The notes beneath the pieces were generated by a model that worked only from the letters and a program-made list of their open reading frames with translations, did no database searches and was not told where the DNA came from. Of a stretch of DNA of 64,000 nucleotides, positions 23,229-33,076 are shown piece by piece. The DNA lies in contig CAZHSD010000005.1 in NCBI GenBank assembly GCA_964534975.1, positions 28,090-92,089 of the forward strand, given 5' to 3'. Source of the DNA: an uncultured Ottowia sp. Its GTDB lineage: Bacteria; Pseudomonadota; Gammaproteobacteria; Burkholderiales; Burkholderiaceae_C. Each line of letters opens with the position of its first letter. Positions within the stretch are counted from its first letter, which is position 1. The position numbers were made by a program, and so were the translations under genes.

Positions 23229-23267
23229 AAAGAAAAGTCCGCACAGTCATGGACTTGTGCGGACTTT
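23229..23267 (-). terminator. Intrinsic terminator downstream of tRNA-Thr
   Basis: AAAGTCCGCACA...TGTGCGGACTTT stem with U-tract on the minus strand. Confidence 0.85.
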
Positions 23268-23271
23268 AGGG

Positions 23272-23347
23272 TGGTGCCGACTGCCGGGATCGAACTGGCG
23301 ACCTACGCGTTACGAGTGCGTTGCTCTACCAACTGAGCTAAGTCGGC
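23272..23347 (-). tRNA. tRNA-Thr (CGT)
   Basis: GCCGACTTAGCTCAGTTGGTAGAGCAACGCACT-CGT-AACGCGTAGGTCGCCAGTTCGATCCCGGCAGTCGGCACCA, 76 nt; TATAAT at 23365-23370 upstream. Confidence 0.97.
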
Positions 23348-23464
23348 GAAATCAGGAATCCTGCATTATAAAGGGGCCTTACCCGGGCGTCGGAATCGAC
23401 GGAACTCAGCGCGCCAGGATGCCGTCCAATCCGGACGGCCAATCGCGTCCGACTACAGGAGACC

Positions 23465-24382
23465 ATGACAATGCTCAAGTCCGACCACTTGCTCGACACC
23501 CGCGCCCTGCTCGATCTTCCAGCCGAGCCGCAGGCGCCCTCGCGGCGCACGGCCTTGAAGCTGGGCCTGGGTGTCGGGTACGCGGCCGCCACGCTGCCGA
23601 TCATGGCGCAGACGGCAATCAAGACCCCGGCCGACGGCCTGACGACGGGCGAGGTGATGATCGACGTGGCCGGCTTCAAGATGCCGGCCTACCGTGCGCA
23701 ACCGGCGGGCAAGACCGGTCTGCCGGTGGTGCTGGTGCTGTCCGAGATTTTTGGCGTGCACGAGTACATCGCCGACACGGCGCGGCGCTTTGCCAGGGCC
23801 GGTTATCTGGCGATCGCGCCCGAGTTGTTCGTACGCCAGGGCGACGCGCAAAGCTATGGCGAAATGGCCAAGCTGATGAGCGAAGTCATCGCCAAGGTGC
23901 CCGATGAGCAGGTGATGGGCGATCTCGATGCCGCCGCTGTCTGGGCCGCGGCCAATGGCGGCGACGCCGGCAAGCTGGGCGTGACCGGCTTCTGCTGGGG
24001 CGGGCGCCAGACTTGGCTGTACGCGGCGCACAACCCCAGGGTCAAGGCCGGCGTGGCCTGGTACGGCCGTCTGGTGGGCGAGCCCAGCGCCCTTGCGCCC
24101 AGGCACCCCGTGGATGTGGCGGCGCAGTTGAAGGCGCCGGTGCTGGGCCTGTATGGCGAGGCCGATACCGGCATCCCCCTTGACACGGTCGATAAGATGA
24201 AAGCCGCCCTGGCCAAGGCGGCCGAAAGCGGCAACGCCGCCGCCAAGGCCTCGCAATTCGTGCTGTATCCCGAGGCGCCGCACGCCTTCCACGCCGACTA
24301 TCGGCCGAGCTTTCGCAAGGAGGCCGCCGAGGATGGCTGGAAGCGCGCGCTGGCGTGGTTTCAGCAGCATGGCGTGGCTTGA
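23465..24382 (+). CDS. Dienelactone hydrolase family protein with Tat-like leader
   Basis: SRRTALK, EIFGVHEYI, GFCWGG, HAFHADYRPS. Confidence 0.93.
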   Translation: MTMLKSDHLLDTRALLDLPAEPQAPSRRTALKLGLGVGYAAATLPIMAQTAIKTPADGLTTGEVMIDVAGFKMPAYRAQPAGKTGLPVVLVLSEIFGVHEYIADTARRFARAGYLAIAPELFVRQGDAQSYGEMAKLMSEVIAKVPDEQVMGDLDAAAVWAAANGGDAGKLGVTGFCWGGRQTWLYAAHNPRVKAGVAWYGRLVGEPSALAPRHPVDVAAQLKAPVLGLYGEADTGIPLDTVDKMKAALAKAAESGNAAAKASQFVLYPEAPHAFHADYRPSFRKEAAEDGWKRALAWFQQHGVA

Positions 24383-24407
24383 TGCGTCCATCGGCTGCGC
24401 AGCGCGG

Positions 24408-24428
24408 GCCGCCTTCGGGCGGCTTTTT
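24408..24428 (+). terminator. Intrinsic terminator
   Basis: GCCGCC-TTCG-GGCGGC-TTTTT. Confidence 0.85.
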
Positions 24429-24505
24429 CGTGCGGCGCCGACGTGGCGTCGTGCGTCCGGATCAAGTCAAGACTTTTCACGTCAACAAAACCGGCGACAG
24501 CATCC

Positions 24506-25423
24506 ATGAATCTGGCATACATCCTGATCGGCACGCTGGTGGCCGGTGTCGGCAGCGTCTGGATCGCCGCCGTGCTGTCCTTTGGCGTGCTGGCGCGCTA
24601 TACGCAGCACATGCTCAGCCTGGCCGCGGGTGCGCTGCTGGCAACCGCCTTTCTCAAGCTGCTGCCCGAGGCCTTCGAGAGTGGAATGGAGGTCCAGGCG
24701 CTGTCGATGACCTTGCTGGCTGGCCTGGTGTTCTTCTTCCTGCTCGACAAGGCCGAGTTGTGGCACCACGCGCATGAGTACCACCATGGGCTGCCGACGC
24801 TGGACGAGGCCATGGCCGCCGAAGTCGGCGCAGCCGAAAACGACCACGGCACGCACCATCACGGTCACGCCCATCACGGCCATCACACCCACGCGCACGC
24901 GCACGCGCACGCACATCACGGTGGCGGCTGGACGGTGCTGGCGGGCGACAGCGTGCACTGCTTCGGTGACGGCGTGCTGATCGCCTCGGCCTTCATGGCC
25001 GACCCGCAACTGGGCTTGGCGGCGGCGCTGGCGGTGCTGGTGCACGAGGTGCCGCACCACATGGGCGACCTGGCGGTGCTGCGATCGGGCCACGGCGGCA
25101 ACCGACGCGCCGCGCTGGTCAAGGTGTCGCTGGCCGGCGCGGCGACGGCGCTGGGCGGCGTGGTCGGTTACCTGCTGCTGGGCCGGCTGGCCGGCTTGCT
25201 GCCCTACCTGCTGATGCTGGCGGCCAGCAGCTTCATCTACGTGGCGCTGGCCGACCTGATCCCACAGCTGCAAAAGCGGTTGAACGTGCGGGCGACGGTG
25301 GCGCAAATCCTCTGGTTGGCCATTGGCATTGGTCTGGTGGCGCTGGTCGGCGCCTTGGGTGTCGAGCACGCGCATCACGACGAGCCGGCGGCGCAGCGCT
25401 CGGCCCCGGTGCACGACCATTGA
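24506..25423 (+). CDS. ZIP family metal transporter with His-rich loop
   Basis: LAAGALL, LLPEA, GDSVHCFGDG, HEVPHHMGD, FIYVALADLIP. Confidence 0.93.
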   Translation: MNLAYILIGTLVAGVGSVWIAAVLSFGVLARYTQHMLSLAAGALLATAFLKLLPEAFESGMEVQALSMTLLAGLVFFFLLDKAELWHHAHEYHHGLPTLDEAMAAEVGAAENDHGTHHHGHAHHGHHTHAHAHAHAHHGGGWTVLAGDSVHCFGDGVLIASAFMADPQLGLAAALAVLVHEVPHHMGDLAVLRSGHGGNRRAALVKVSLAGAATALGGVVGYLLLGRLAGLLPYLLMLAASSFIYVALADLIPQLQKRLNVRATVAQILWLAIGIGLVALVGALGVEHAHHDEPAAQRSAPVHDH

Positions 25424-25518
25424 AGCCGCACGATGATCGTGCAGAGCGATGCGTGTGCGCTGCGGTGCCGGACGCTCCGGCCAGCCGTGCGATGGGCCGG
25501 GTGCGCGGCAGGTCAGGC

Positions 25519-26379
25519 TCAGCCTTTGGCGACCGGCAAGCCCTCGGTGCGGCACCATTCGCTCCAGCTGCCGGCGTACAGCGCTGCCGGTGGGTAGCCA
25601 GCCAGTTCCATCGCGATCACGTTGGGCACGGCGCTGACGCCGCTGCCGCAGTGGTGCACCACGCCGTCGGCATCGTGGCCGGCGAGCAGCTGGTCGAACT
25701 CGGCCCTGAGTTGCGAGGGGGATTTGAAGCGACCGTCGGCGTCGAAGTTGTCGGTGAACGGGCGGTTGAGCGCGCCCGGGATGTGGCCGGCGACCGGGTC
25801 AAGCGGCTCCACCTCGCCGCGGTAGCGCGGCGTGGCACGGGCGTCGATCAGGGTCTGCGTTGGCCGGCCGAGCTGCTGCGCAACCTCGTCGGTCCGCGCC
25901 AGGCGGCGCAGTTCGGGCTTCAGGTGAAAGCTGCCGGCCGCACGCGGTCGGGCCGGGCCGGATGCCACCGCGCCAGCGGCGGCTTGCCAGGCCTGCAGGC
26001 CGCCGTCGAGCATGGCCACGGCATCGTGGCCGGCCCATTTGAGCATCCACCACAGGCGGCCGCAGTAGCCGCCGCCGTTGCGGTCGTAGACCACCGCCTG
26101 CATCGTGTTGTCGAAGCCGACGCTGGCCAGCCAGGCGGCGAAGCGCTCGCGCGTCGGCAGCGGGTGGCGGCCGCCGTTGACGGCTGGTGCGGGCGGGTGC
26201 GCGCTCAGGTCGCGCTCCAGGTGCGCCTGCACCGCACCCGCGATCCGCTGGTCGGCGAACATGGCGTCGGCCCGGGCCGCCTCGCCCAGCTCGCTGCTGC
26301 AGTCAAACACCATCAGCGGCGCGCCGCCGGCTTGCAGGGCTTGGAGTTCGTCGACGGAGATCAGGTGGGTGTGGCTCAT
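25519..26379 (-). CDS. Tandem-rhodanese sulfurtransferase (SseA-like)
   Basis: GRHPLP, LDGG, GHIPGA, CGSGVSA, YAGSWSEW. Confidence 0.95.
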   Translation of the reverse strand: MSHTHLISVDELQALQAGGAPLMVFDCSSELGEAARADAMFADQRIAGAVQAHLERDLSAHPPAPAVNGGRHPLPTRERFAAWLASVGFDNTMQAVVYDRNGGGYCGRLWWMLKWAGHDAVAMLDGGLQAWQAAAGAVASGPARPRAAGSFHLKPELRRLARTDEVAQQLGRPTQTLIDARATPRYRGEVEPLDPVAGHIPGALNRPFTDNFDADGRFKSPSQLRAEFDQLLAGHDADGVVHHCGSGVSAVPNVIAMELAGYPPAALYAGSWSEWCRTEGLPVAKG

Positions 26380-26380
26380 G

Positions 26381-27268
26381 TCAGTGGGACTCTGCGGGTG
26401 GGTTGGGCAGCGCGCGAGCGCGCAGGAAGGTGGCGGTCATGCCGCTGGCGATGATGGTCATCATGCCGAGCCAGCCGATCAGCGGGATCCGGTCGCCGAA
26501 CAGCAGCACGCCGAACAGCGCGGCAAACACGATGCCGGTGTACTGCAGGTTGGCCACCACCATGGTGGCGCCGCGGGTGTAGGCGCGCGTCATGCACAGC
26601 TGGCCGAGCGCGCCCAGGATGCCGACCGCCAGCAGCCACAGCGCCTGCGGCGTGTTCAGTGGGTGCATGTCGAAGAACTGCATGCCGATGCCGCCGGCCA
26701 GCGCCGCGCCGACGCAGAAATAGAACACGGTGCGCGGCTCGGGCTCACCCACGCGGCCGAGCGCGGCGACCTGGATGTAGGCCAGCGCCGACATCAGGCC
26801 CGACATCAGGCCGATCAGGCCGGCGAACAACTGGTTCTGCTCCAGCGTCGGGCGCAGCATCAGCACCACGCCGCCAAAGCCGGCCATCACCGCCAGCACC
26901 AGCGGGCCCTGGCGGCGGATGTCGGCCAGGCGCCCCAGCAGCAGGGTGCCGCCGATCAGGAATGCCGCCACCCACACGCCGCTCATGTAGTTGAGCGTCA
27001 TGGCGGTGGCCAGCGGCAGGTGGGCGATGGCGTAGAACCAGGCCACCAATGCCGACACGCCGATCATGTTGCGCCACACGTGCATCATCGGCACGGTGGT
27101 GCGCAGGCTCACATTTTGCGAGCGCATCACCGCCCACATGAAGACGATGCCGATGGCGCCGCGGTAGCAGACGATCTCCAGCGGGCCGAAGTGGGGCGAG
27201 GCGTACTTGATGCACACGCTCATCAGCGCGAAGAAGAGCGAGGCGGCAACCATCCAGGCGGCTTGCAT
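26381..27268 (-). CDS. DMT/EamA family transporter
   Basis: About 10 TM helices, EamA repeat pattern. Confidence 0.9.
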   Translation of the reverse strand: MQAAWMVAASLFFALMSVCIKYASPHFGPLEIVCYRGAIGIVFMWAVMRSQNVSLRTTVPMMHVWRNMIGVSALVAWFYAIAHLPLATAMTLNYMSGVWVAAFLIGGTLLLGRLADIRRQGPLVLAVMAGFGGVVLMLRPTLEQNQLFAGLIGLMSGLMSALAYIQVAALGRVGEPEPRTVFYFCVGAALAGGIGMQFFDMHPLNTPQALWLLAVGILGALGQLCMTRAYTRGATMVVANLQYTGIVFAALFGVLLFGDRIPLIGWLGMMTIIASGMTATFLRARALPNPPAESH

Positions 27269-27281
27269 GGGCGGCGATTAT

Positions 27282-27321
27282 CAACAGAAATGGCCCGTGC
27301 ATCGCGGTGGATGCACGGGCC
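27282..27321 (-). terminator. Intrinsic terminator after the Rieske oxygenase
   Basis: GGCCCGTGCATC-N6-GATGCACGGGCC followed by ATTTCTGTT on the minus strand. Confidence 0.7.
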
Positions 27322-27343
27322 GCCGGCGCGGCGAACGAAGGTT

Positions 27344-28480
27344 TCAGGCCGTGAGCGTGATCCCCATCGCGCGCCGGTACCACTCGTGAAAATGCTGCAT
27401 GCCGTCTTCCATCGGGCTCTGGTAGGGGCCGACCTCGTTGTCGCCGCGCAGCATCAGCGCCTTGCGGCCGGCGTCCATGCGCTCGGCGATCTCGTCGTCC
27501 TCGATGGCGGTTTCCATGTAGGCGGCGCGCTGCGCTTCGACGAACTCGCGCTCGAAGGCGACGATTTCCTCGGGGTAGTAGAACTCCACCAGGTTCAGCG
27601 TCCTGTCGACGCCGATCGGGTGCAGCGTGCTGACGGTGAGCACGTGCGGGTACCACTCCACCATGATGTGCGGATAGTAGGTCAGCCAGATCGCGCCGCG
27701 CGCGGGTTTTTCGCCGCCCTGGTAGTTCAGCAGCACCTCGTGCCACTTCTTGTACACGTCCGAGCCCGGCCTGGCGAAGGTCGGCGCCACGCCCACGGTC
27801 TGCACCGAATACTCGGCGCCGAACTGCCACTGCAGGTCGTCGCAGGTGACGAAGTTGCCCAGGCCCGGGTGGAAGGGCTCGACGTGGTAGTCCTCCAGAT
27901 AGACCTCGATGAAGGTCTTCCAGTTGTAGTTGCACTCGTGCAGTTCGACGTGGTCGAGTGCATAGCCCTCGAACGACATGTCCCTGGCCACGCCCATGCC
28001 GGCCAGATCAAAGGCGATGTCGCGGCCGTTGTCCTCGAACAGCAGGCCGTTCCATTCGCGCAGCGGGTAGTTGTTCAGGTGCAGGCAGGGATCGTGCTTG
28101 AAGTGCGGCGCACCCAGCAGCTCGCCGCTGCTGGCGTAGGTCCAGCGATGCACCGGGCAGACGATGTTGCCGCCCGCGTGCCCCTTGGCCTCGGTCAGCA
28201 GCGAGCCGCGCCCATTCAGCATGATGGCCTGGCGATGCCGGCAGACGTTGGAGATCAGCTCGACCTGGCCGTGCGGGTTGCGTGCCAGCGCGCGGCCGCC
28301 CGCCTCCTGCGGCAGGGCAAAGTAGTCGCCCGGCCTGGGCACGGACAGCGCATGGCCGACATAGCGTGGGCCGGACTCGAACAGCAGCTTCTTCTCGCGC
28401 TCGAGCAGCGCCTGGTCAAAATAGGACTGGACGGGAAGTTGACTTGCCGCCTGCTGTAACTGAAGACTCAAATCAGACAT
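27344..28480 (-). CDS. Rieske non-heme iron oxygenase alpha subunit (candidate putrescine 2-hydroxylase)
   Basis: CRH...CPVH Rieske motif, NWK..EVYLEDYHVEPFH, EDDEIAE; divergent from xseB. Confidence 0.88.
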   Translation of the reverse strand: MSDLSLQLQQAASQLPVQSYFDQALLEREKKLLFESGPRYVGHALSVPRPGDYFALPQEAGGRALARNPHGQVELISNVCRHRQAIMLNGRGSLLTEAKGHAGGNIVCPVHRWTYASSGELLGAPHFKHDPCLHLNNYPLREWNGLLFEDNGRDIAFDLAGMGVARDMSFEGYALDHVELHECNYNWKTFIEVYLEDYHVEPFHPGLGNFVTCDDLQWQFGAEYSVQTVGVAPTFARPGSDVYKKWHEVLLNYQGGEKPARGAIWLTYYPHIMVEWYPHVLTVSTLHPIGVDRTLNLVEFYYPEEIVAFEREFVEAQRAAYMETAIEDDEIAERMDAGRKALMLRGDNEVGPYQSPMEDGMQHFHEWYRRAMGITLTA

Positions 28481-28704
28481 GGTGTTCCGATGTTGAAGAC
28501 TCCCCCTATGAAGGGGCAGGAAGTCGGCGCTTTGGCATCCTGAGATGCGGCGTGCGCAAACTGGGCTGAATCCGGTGCTGGCGCGCGCCGGAACCTTTCA
28601 TTTTACTGGATCAACGCCATCACGACATGCCGCCCGGCACCGGCGTCGGACCCGCGCCATCAGCCGCTCGGCGCGACGCACCTAAAATAGCCGTTTTGCC
28701 CGCC

Positions 28705-28944
28705 ATGCCACGCAAGACCGACACCGACCCCCGGCAGCCCGCCAGCTATGGCGAGGCCGTGGAGCAACTCGAGCAGTTGATCGGGCGGCTGGAGTCGGGG
28801 CAGTTGCCGCTGGAAGAACTGCTTGGCCAGTACCAGCGCGGCACCGAATTGCTGCGCTACTGCCGCGACCGCCTGCAGGCGGTCGAGGACCAGGTCAAGG
28901 TGCTCGACGAAGGCGGTGATCTGAAGCCATGGATACCCGAGTAA
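28705..28944 (+). CDS. xseB: Exodeoxyribonuclease VII small subunit
   Basis: SYGEAVEQLE...LESGQLPLEE...YQRG; xseB-ispA-dxs order. Confidence 0.95.
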   Translation: MPRKTDTDPRQPASYGEAVEQLEQLIGRLESGQLPLEELLGQYQRGTELLRYCRDRLQAVEDQVKVLDEGGDLKPWIPE

Positions 28945-28946
28945 GA

Positions 28947-29834
28947 ATGCAGGAATTTCCGGCCTGGGTGGCCACGCAGTTGGAGCAAGTCGAACAGGCG
29001 CTGATCGACTGGGTGCCCACCGAGGTGCCGGCCGGCCTGGGTGATGCGATGCGCTATGCGGTGCTGGATGGCGGCAAGCGCCTGCGTCCGCTGCTGGTGC
29101 TGGCCGCCAGCGATGCGGTACAGGGTCACGCCGAAGCCGCGCTGCGCGCGGCCTGCGCGGTGGAACTGGTCCACGCCTATTCGCTGGTGCACGACGACAT
29201 GCCGTGCATGGACGACGACGTGCTGCGCCGCGGCAAGCCGACGGTGCACGTGCAGTTCGGCGAGGCGCAGGCGCTGCTGGCCGGCGATGCCCTGCAGGCG
29301 CTGGCATTCGAGGTGCTGACGCCAGCGCCGGCGAACGTGCCGCCAGCCATGCAGGCCGCGCTGTGCGCTCTGCTGGCGCGCGCGGCCGGTGCACTTGGCA
29401 TGGCGGGTGGCCAGGCGATCGACCTGGCCAGCGTCGGCAAGGCGCTGGCCGAGCCGGAGTTGCGGCAGATGCACAAGCTGAAGACCGGCGCACTGCTGCA
29501 GGCCAGCGCCGCCATGGGCGCGGCCTGCGGCAGCGACGTGCCGGCGGGCGTGCGGGCGGCGCTGCTGGATTACGGCGCGGCGGTCGGGCTGGCCTTTCAG
29601 GTGGTCGACGACATCCTGGATGCCACCGTCGACTCGCAGGCGCTCGGCAAGACCGCCGGCAAGGATGCCGCCGACGACAAACCGACCTACGTGTCCGTGC
29701 TGGGCCTGCAGGCTTCGCAGGCACTGGTCGATGACTTGTGGGCGCAGGCGCAGCGCGCGCTGGACGCCAGTGGCCTGCACAACACCGAGCATCTGCGGGC
29801 CTTGGCCGACCTCGCGGTGCGGCGCAGGAACTGA
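28947..29834 (+). CDS. ispA: Farnesyl diphosphate synthase
   Basis: [35 protein letters not shown]. Confidence 0.95.
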   Translation: MQEFPAWVATQLEQVEQALIDWVPTEVPAGLGDAMRYAVLDGGKRLRPLLVLAASDAVQGHAEAALRAACAVELVHAYSLVHDDMPCMDDDVLRRGKPTVHVQFGEAQALLAGDALQALAFEVLTPAPANVPPAMQAALCALLARAAGALGMAGGQAIDLASVGKALAEPELRQMHKLKTGALLQASAAMGAACGSDVPAGVRAALLDYGAAVGLAFQVVDDILDATVDSQALGKTAGKDAADDKPTYVSVLGLQASQALVDDLWAQAQRALDASGLHNTEHLRALADLAVRRRN

Positions 29835-29836
29835 AC

Positions 29837-31744
29837 ATGGCCAGCAAGCTTCTGCCATCGATCCCCGACCCGGCGGCGCTGCGCCGCCTGCAGCGTACGC
29901 AGCTCAAGGAGCTGGCCGACGAGCTGCGCGAATGCGTGTTGCACAACGTCGCGCGCACCGGCGGCCACTTGAGCTCCAACCTGGGCACGGTGGAACTGAC
30001 GATTGCGCTGCACTACGTCTTCAACACGCCGCACGACCGGCTGGTGTGGGACGTCGGCCACCAGACCTACCCGCACAAGATCCTGACCGGACGGCGCGAG
30101 CGGATGCCGACGCTGCGCCAGCTGGGCGGCATTTCGGGCTTTCCGCGCCGCGACGAGAGCGAGTACGACACCTTCGGCACCGCGCATTCGTCCACCAGCA
30201 TCTCCGCCGCGCTCGGCATGGCACTGGCCGCGCGCCAGAAGGGCGAGGAGCGCAAGGCCGTCGCCATCATTGGCGACGGTGCCATGACCGCCGGCATGGC
30301 CTTCGAGGCGCTCAACAACGCCGGGGTCGAGCGCGACGCGCGCCTGCTGGTGGTGCTCAACGACAACGACATGTCGATCAGCCCGCCGGTCGGTGCGCTG
30401 AACCGCTATCTGGCGCAACTGCTGAGCGGCCACTTCTACGCCACCGCCAGGAGCGTCGGCCGCAGCGTGCTGGGCCAGGTGCCGCCGCTGTTCGAGCTGG
30501 CGCGGCGCATCGAGCAGGGCGCCAAGGGCATGGTGGCGCCGGCCACGCTGTTCGAGAAGTTCGGCTTCAACTACATCGGCCCGATCGACGGACACGACCT
30601 GGACGCGCTGATCCCGACGCTGGAGAACATCCGCGAGCTGATGGCGCAAAAGGACGGGCCGCAGTTCCTGCACGTGGTGACGCGCAAGGGCCATGGCTAC
30701 AAGCTGGCCGAGGCCGATCCGATCGCCTACCACGGTCCCGGCAAGTTCGACCCGGCGGTCGGTCTGGTTACCCCGGCGACGCCGCCCAAACCCACCTTCA
30801 CCCAGGTGTTCGGCCAGTGGCTGTGCGACATGGCGCAAAAGGACGAGCGCCTGGTCGGCATCACGCCGGCGATGCGCGAGGGCTCGGGACTGGTGGAGTT
30901 CCAGCAGCGCTTTCCCGAGCGTTACTACGACGTCGGCATCGCCGAGCAGCACGCCGTGACCTTTGCCGCCGGCCTGGCCTGCGAGGGGCTGAAGCCGGTG
31001 GTGGCGATCTACTCGACCTTCCTGCAGCGCGCCTACGACCAGCTGATCCACGACGTGGCGATACAGCAGCTGCCGGTGGTGTTCGCGCTCGACCGCGCCG
31101 GCCTGGTGGGCGCCGACGGGGCGACGCACGCTGGCAACTACGACATCGCCTACCTGCGCTGCATCCCTCATGTGAGCCTGGCCTGTCCGGCCGACGAGCG
31201 CGAATGCCGCCAGCTGCTGTCGACCGCGTTCGCGCAGGATCACCCGGTGGCGGTGCGCTATCCGCGTGGCGCGGGCGCGGGTGTCGAGCCGTTCCAGGAT
31301 CTGGGCGCCTTGCCCTTCGGCAAGGCCGAGTTGCGCCGCCAGGGCCGGCGCATCGCCATCCTGGCCTTCGGCACGCTGCTGTACCCGGCGCTGCAGGCGG
31401 CCGAGCGCCTGGACGCGACGGTGGTCAACATGCGCTGGGCCAAGCCGCTGGACACCGAACTGCTGCTGCAGGTGGCCGGTGCGCACGAGGCGCTGGTGAC
31501 GCTGGAAGAGGGCGCCGTCATGGGCGGCGCCGGCAGCGCGGTGGCCGAGGCGCTGGCGGCCGCCGGCGTGGTCATGCCGCTGCTGCAGCTGGGCCTGCCC
31601 GATGAGTTCATCGAGCATGGCGATCCGGCGCGGCTGCTGGCGCTGCAGGGCCTGGACGCCGCCGGCATCGAGGCCTCGATCCGGCGTCGCTACGCCGCCG
31701 ATCTGGCGCTGCCGGCTGCGCCGGCGCTGAAAGCGGTCGCCTGA
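29837..31744 (+). CDS. dxs: 1-deoxy-D-xylulose-5-phosphate synthase
   Basis: [38 protein letters not shown]. Confidence 0.98.
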   Translation: MASKLLPSIPDPAALRRLQRTQLKELADELRECVLHNVARTGGHLSSNLGTVELTIALHYVFNTPHDRLVWDVGHQTYPHKILTGRRERMPTLRQLGGISGFPRRDESEYDTFGTAHSSTSISAALGMALAARQKGEERKAVAIIGDGAMTAGMAFEALNNAGVERDARLLVVLNDNDMSISPPVGALNRYLAQLLSGHFYATARSVGRSVLGQVPPLFELARRIEQGAKGMVAPATLFEKFGFNYIGPIDGHDLDALIPTLENIRELMAQKDGPQFLHVVTRKGHGYKLAEADPIAYHGPGKFDPAVGLVTPATPPKPTFTQVFGQWLCDMAQKDERLVGITPAMREGSGLVEFQQRFPERYYDVGIAEQHAVTFAAGLACEGLKPVVAIYSTFLQRAYDQLIHDVAIQQLPVVFALDRAGLVGADGATHAGNYDIAYLRCIPHVSLACPADERECRQLLSTAFAQDHPVAVRYPRGAGAGVEPFQDLGALPFGKAELRRQGRRIAILAFGTLLYPALQAAERLDATVVNMRWAKPLDTELLLQVAGAHEALVTLEEGAVMGGAGSAVAEALAAAGVVMPLLQLGLPDEFIEHGDPARLLALQGLDAAGIEASIRRRYAADLALPAAPALKAVA

Positions 31745-31880
31745 CGGCCAACGGGTTCGCCGGGCGTCGCTGCGCTGCGCGGCGTCTCGACGCTAGGTGA
31801 ATTCCTGATGGCTGCGGTGGGCGGCGCGGTACTACACTCTGTTGTTGTCTTTTTGTAACCTGAATAAGGAGTGCCCTCCC

Positions 31881-32963
31881 ATGGATCGTCGTTCACTCAT
31901 CAAGCGCGCCGGCATCGCCAGCGTGCTGGCTGCCGGGGTTGCACCGGCCGTGCATGCGCAGCCGGCGGTGCGCTGGCGCATGGCCACGAGCTTCCCGAAG
32001 GCGCTGGAGACGCTGCACGGCTGTGCGGTGAAGTTCGCCGATACCGTCAAGGCGCTCTCGGGCGGCAAGTTCGAGGTATCGGTGCACGCCGGCGGCGAGC
32101 TGATGCCGGCGTTCGGCATCGTCGATGCCTTGGCCGACGACAGCATCGAAATGGGCGAGACCGCGGCCTACTACTACACCGGCAAGGATCCGTCCTTCGC
32201 CTTCGGCTGCGCGGTGCCGTTCGGCTTCAACGCCCAGCAGAGCCAGGCCTGGAAGCTGCACGGCAACGGCCGCAAGCTGATGGACGAGCTGTATGGCAAG
32301 TACAACTTCTTCGGCCTCAATGCGCTCAACACCGGCACCCAGATGGGCGGCTGGTATCGCAAGGAGATGAACAAGCCGGAGGACTTCAAGGGCCTGAAGA
32401 TGCGCCTGGGCGGCGGTGTGTTCGGCGAGTCGATGGCCAAGCTGGGCGTGGTGGCGCAGAACATGCCCGGCGGCGACGTCTACCAGGCGCTGGAGAAGGG
32501 CACGCTGGACGCGGCCGAGTTCGTCGGTCCCTACGACGACGAGAAGATGGGCTGGAACAAGGTCGCCAAGTACTACTACTACGGCGCCTGGTGGGAAGGC
32601 GGCGCCGACCTGGAGTTCTTCATCAACCAGAAGGCCTTCGCCAAGCTGTCGGCCGAGCATCAGGCCATGGTGCGCGCGGCGGCGGACACGGCCTACAACG
32701 ACGGCACGTCCAAGTACCTGACGCTCAACCCGATCTCGCTCAAGCGCCTGGTGGCCAGCGGCACGCAGCTCAAGCGCTTCAACAAGGAGGTCGTGCAGGC
32801 GGGCTTCAAGGCCGCCCAGGAGGTCTATGAGGAGCACAGTGCCAAGGACGCGCAGTTCAAGAAAATCTACGAGGATCTGCGCACCTTCCAGCGCGACCAG
32901 ATCCTGTGGAACCGGGTGTCCGAGCTGGTGTTCACGCAGGACATGGCCTCGCTCAAGATCTGA
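31881..32963 (+). CDS. TRAP substrate-binding protein, TakP-like, Tat leader
   Basis: MDRRSLIK, WRMATSFPK, NTGTQMGGW, EFVGPYDD. Confidence 0.93.
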   Translation: MDRRSLIKRAGIASVLAAGVAPAVHAQPAVRWRMATSFPKALETLHGCAVKFADTVKALSGGKFEVSVHAGGELMPAFGIVDALADDSIEMGETAAYYYTGKDPSFAFGCAVPFGFNAQQSQAWKLHGNGRKLMDELYGKYNFFGLNALNTGTQMGGWYRKEMNKPEDFKGLKMRLGGGVFGESMAKLGVVAQNMPGGDVYQALEKGTLDAAEFVGPYDDEKMGWNKVAKYYYYGAWWEGGADLEFFINQKAFAKLSAEHQAMVRAAADTAYNDGTSKYLTLNPISLKRLVASGTQLKRFNKEVVQAGFKAAQEVYEEHSAKDAQFKKIYEDLRTFQRDQILWNRVSELVFTQDMASLKI

Positions 32964-33000
32964 TGCCATGGCCGGCGCCCGCGGTGGCGCCAGCCAAACA

Positions 33001-33030
33001 GAAAACCGCAGCCATGGCTGCGGTTTTTTT
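33001..33030. terminator. Bidirectional terminator between convergent TRAP genes
   Basis: AAAACCGCAGCC-AT-GGCTGCGGTTTTTTT. Confidence 0.85.
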
Positions 33031-33076
33031 CTGCCCGTGAGGCGGGCGGCGGGCGTCCGGCCGGGCCGCCCGGGCG

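Noticed and set aside
18000..23347. Integrative element at tRNA-Thr
   Set aside because: No integrase, no duplicated tRNA 3' end seen, and the tRNA terminator is intact
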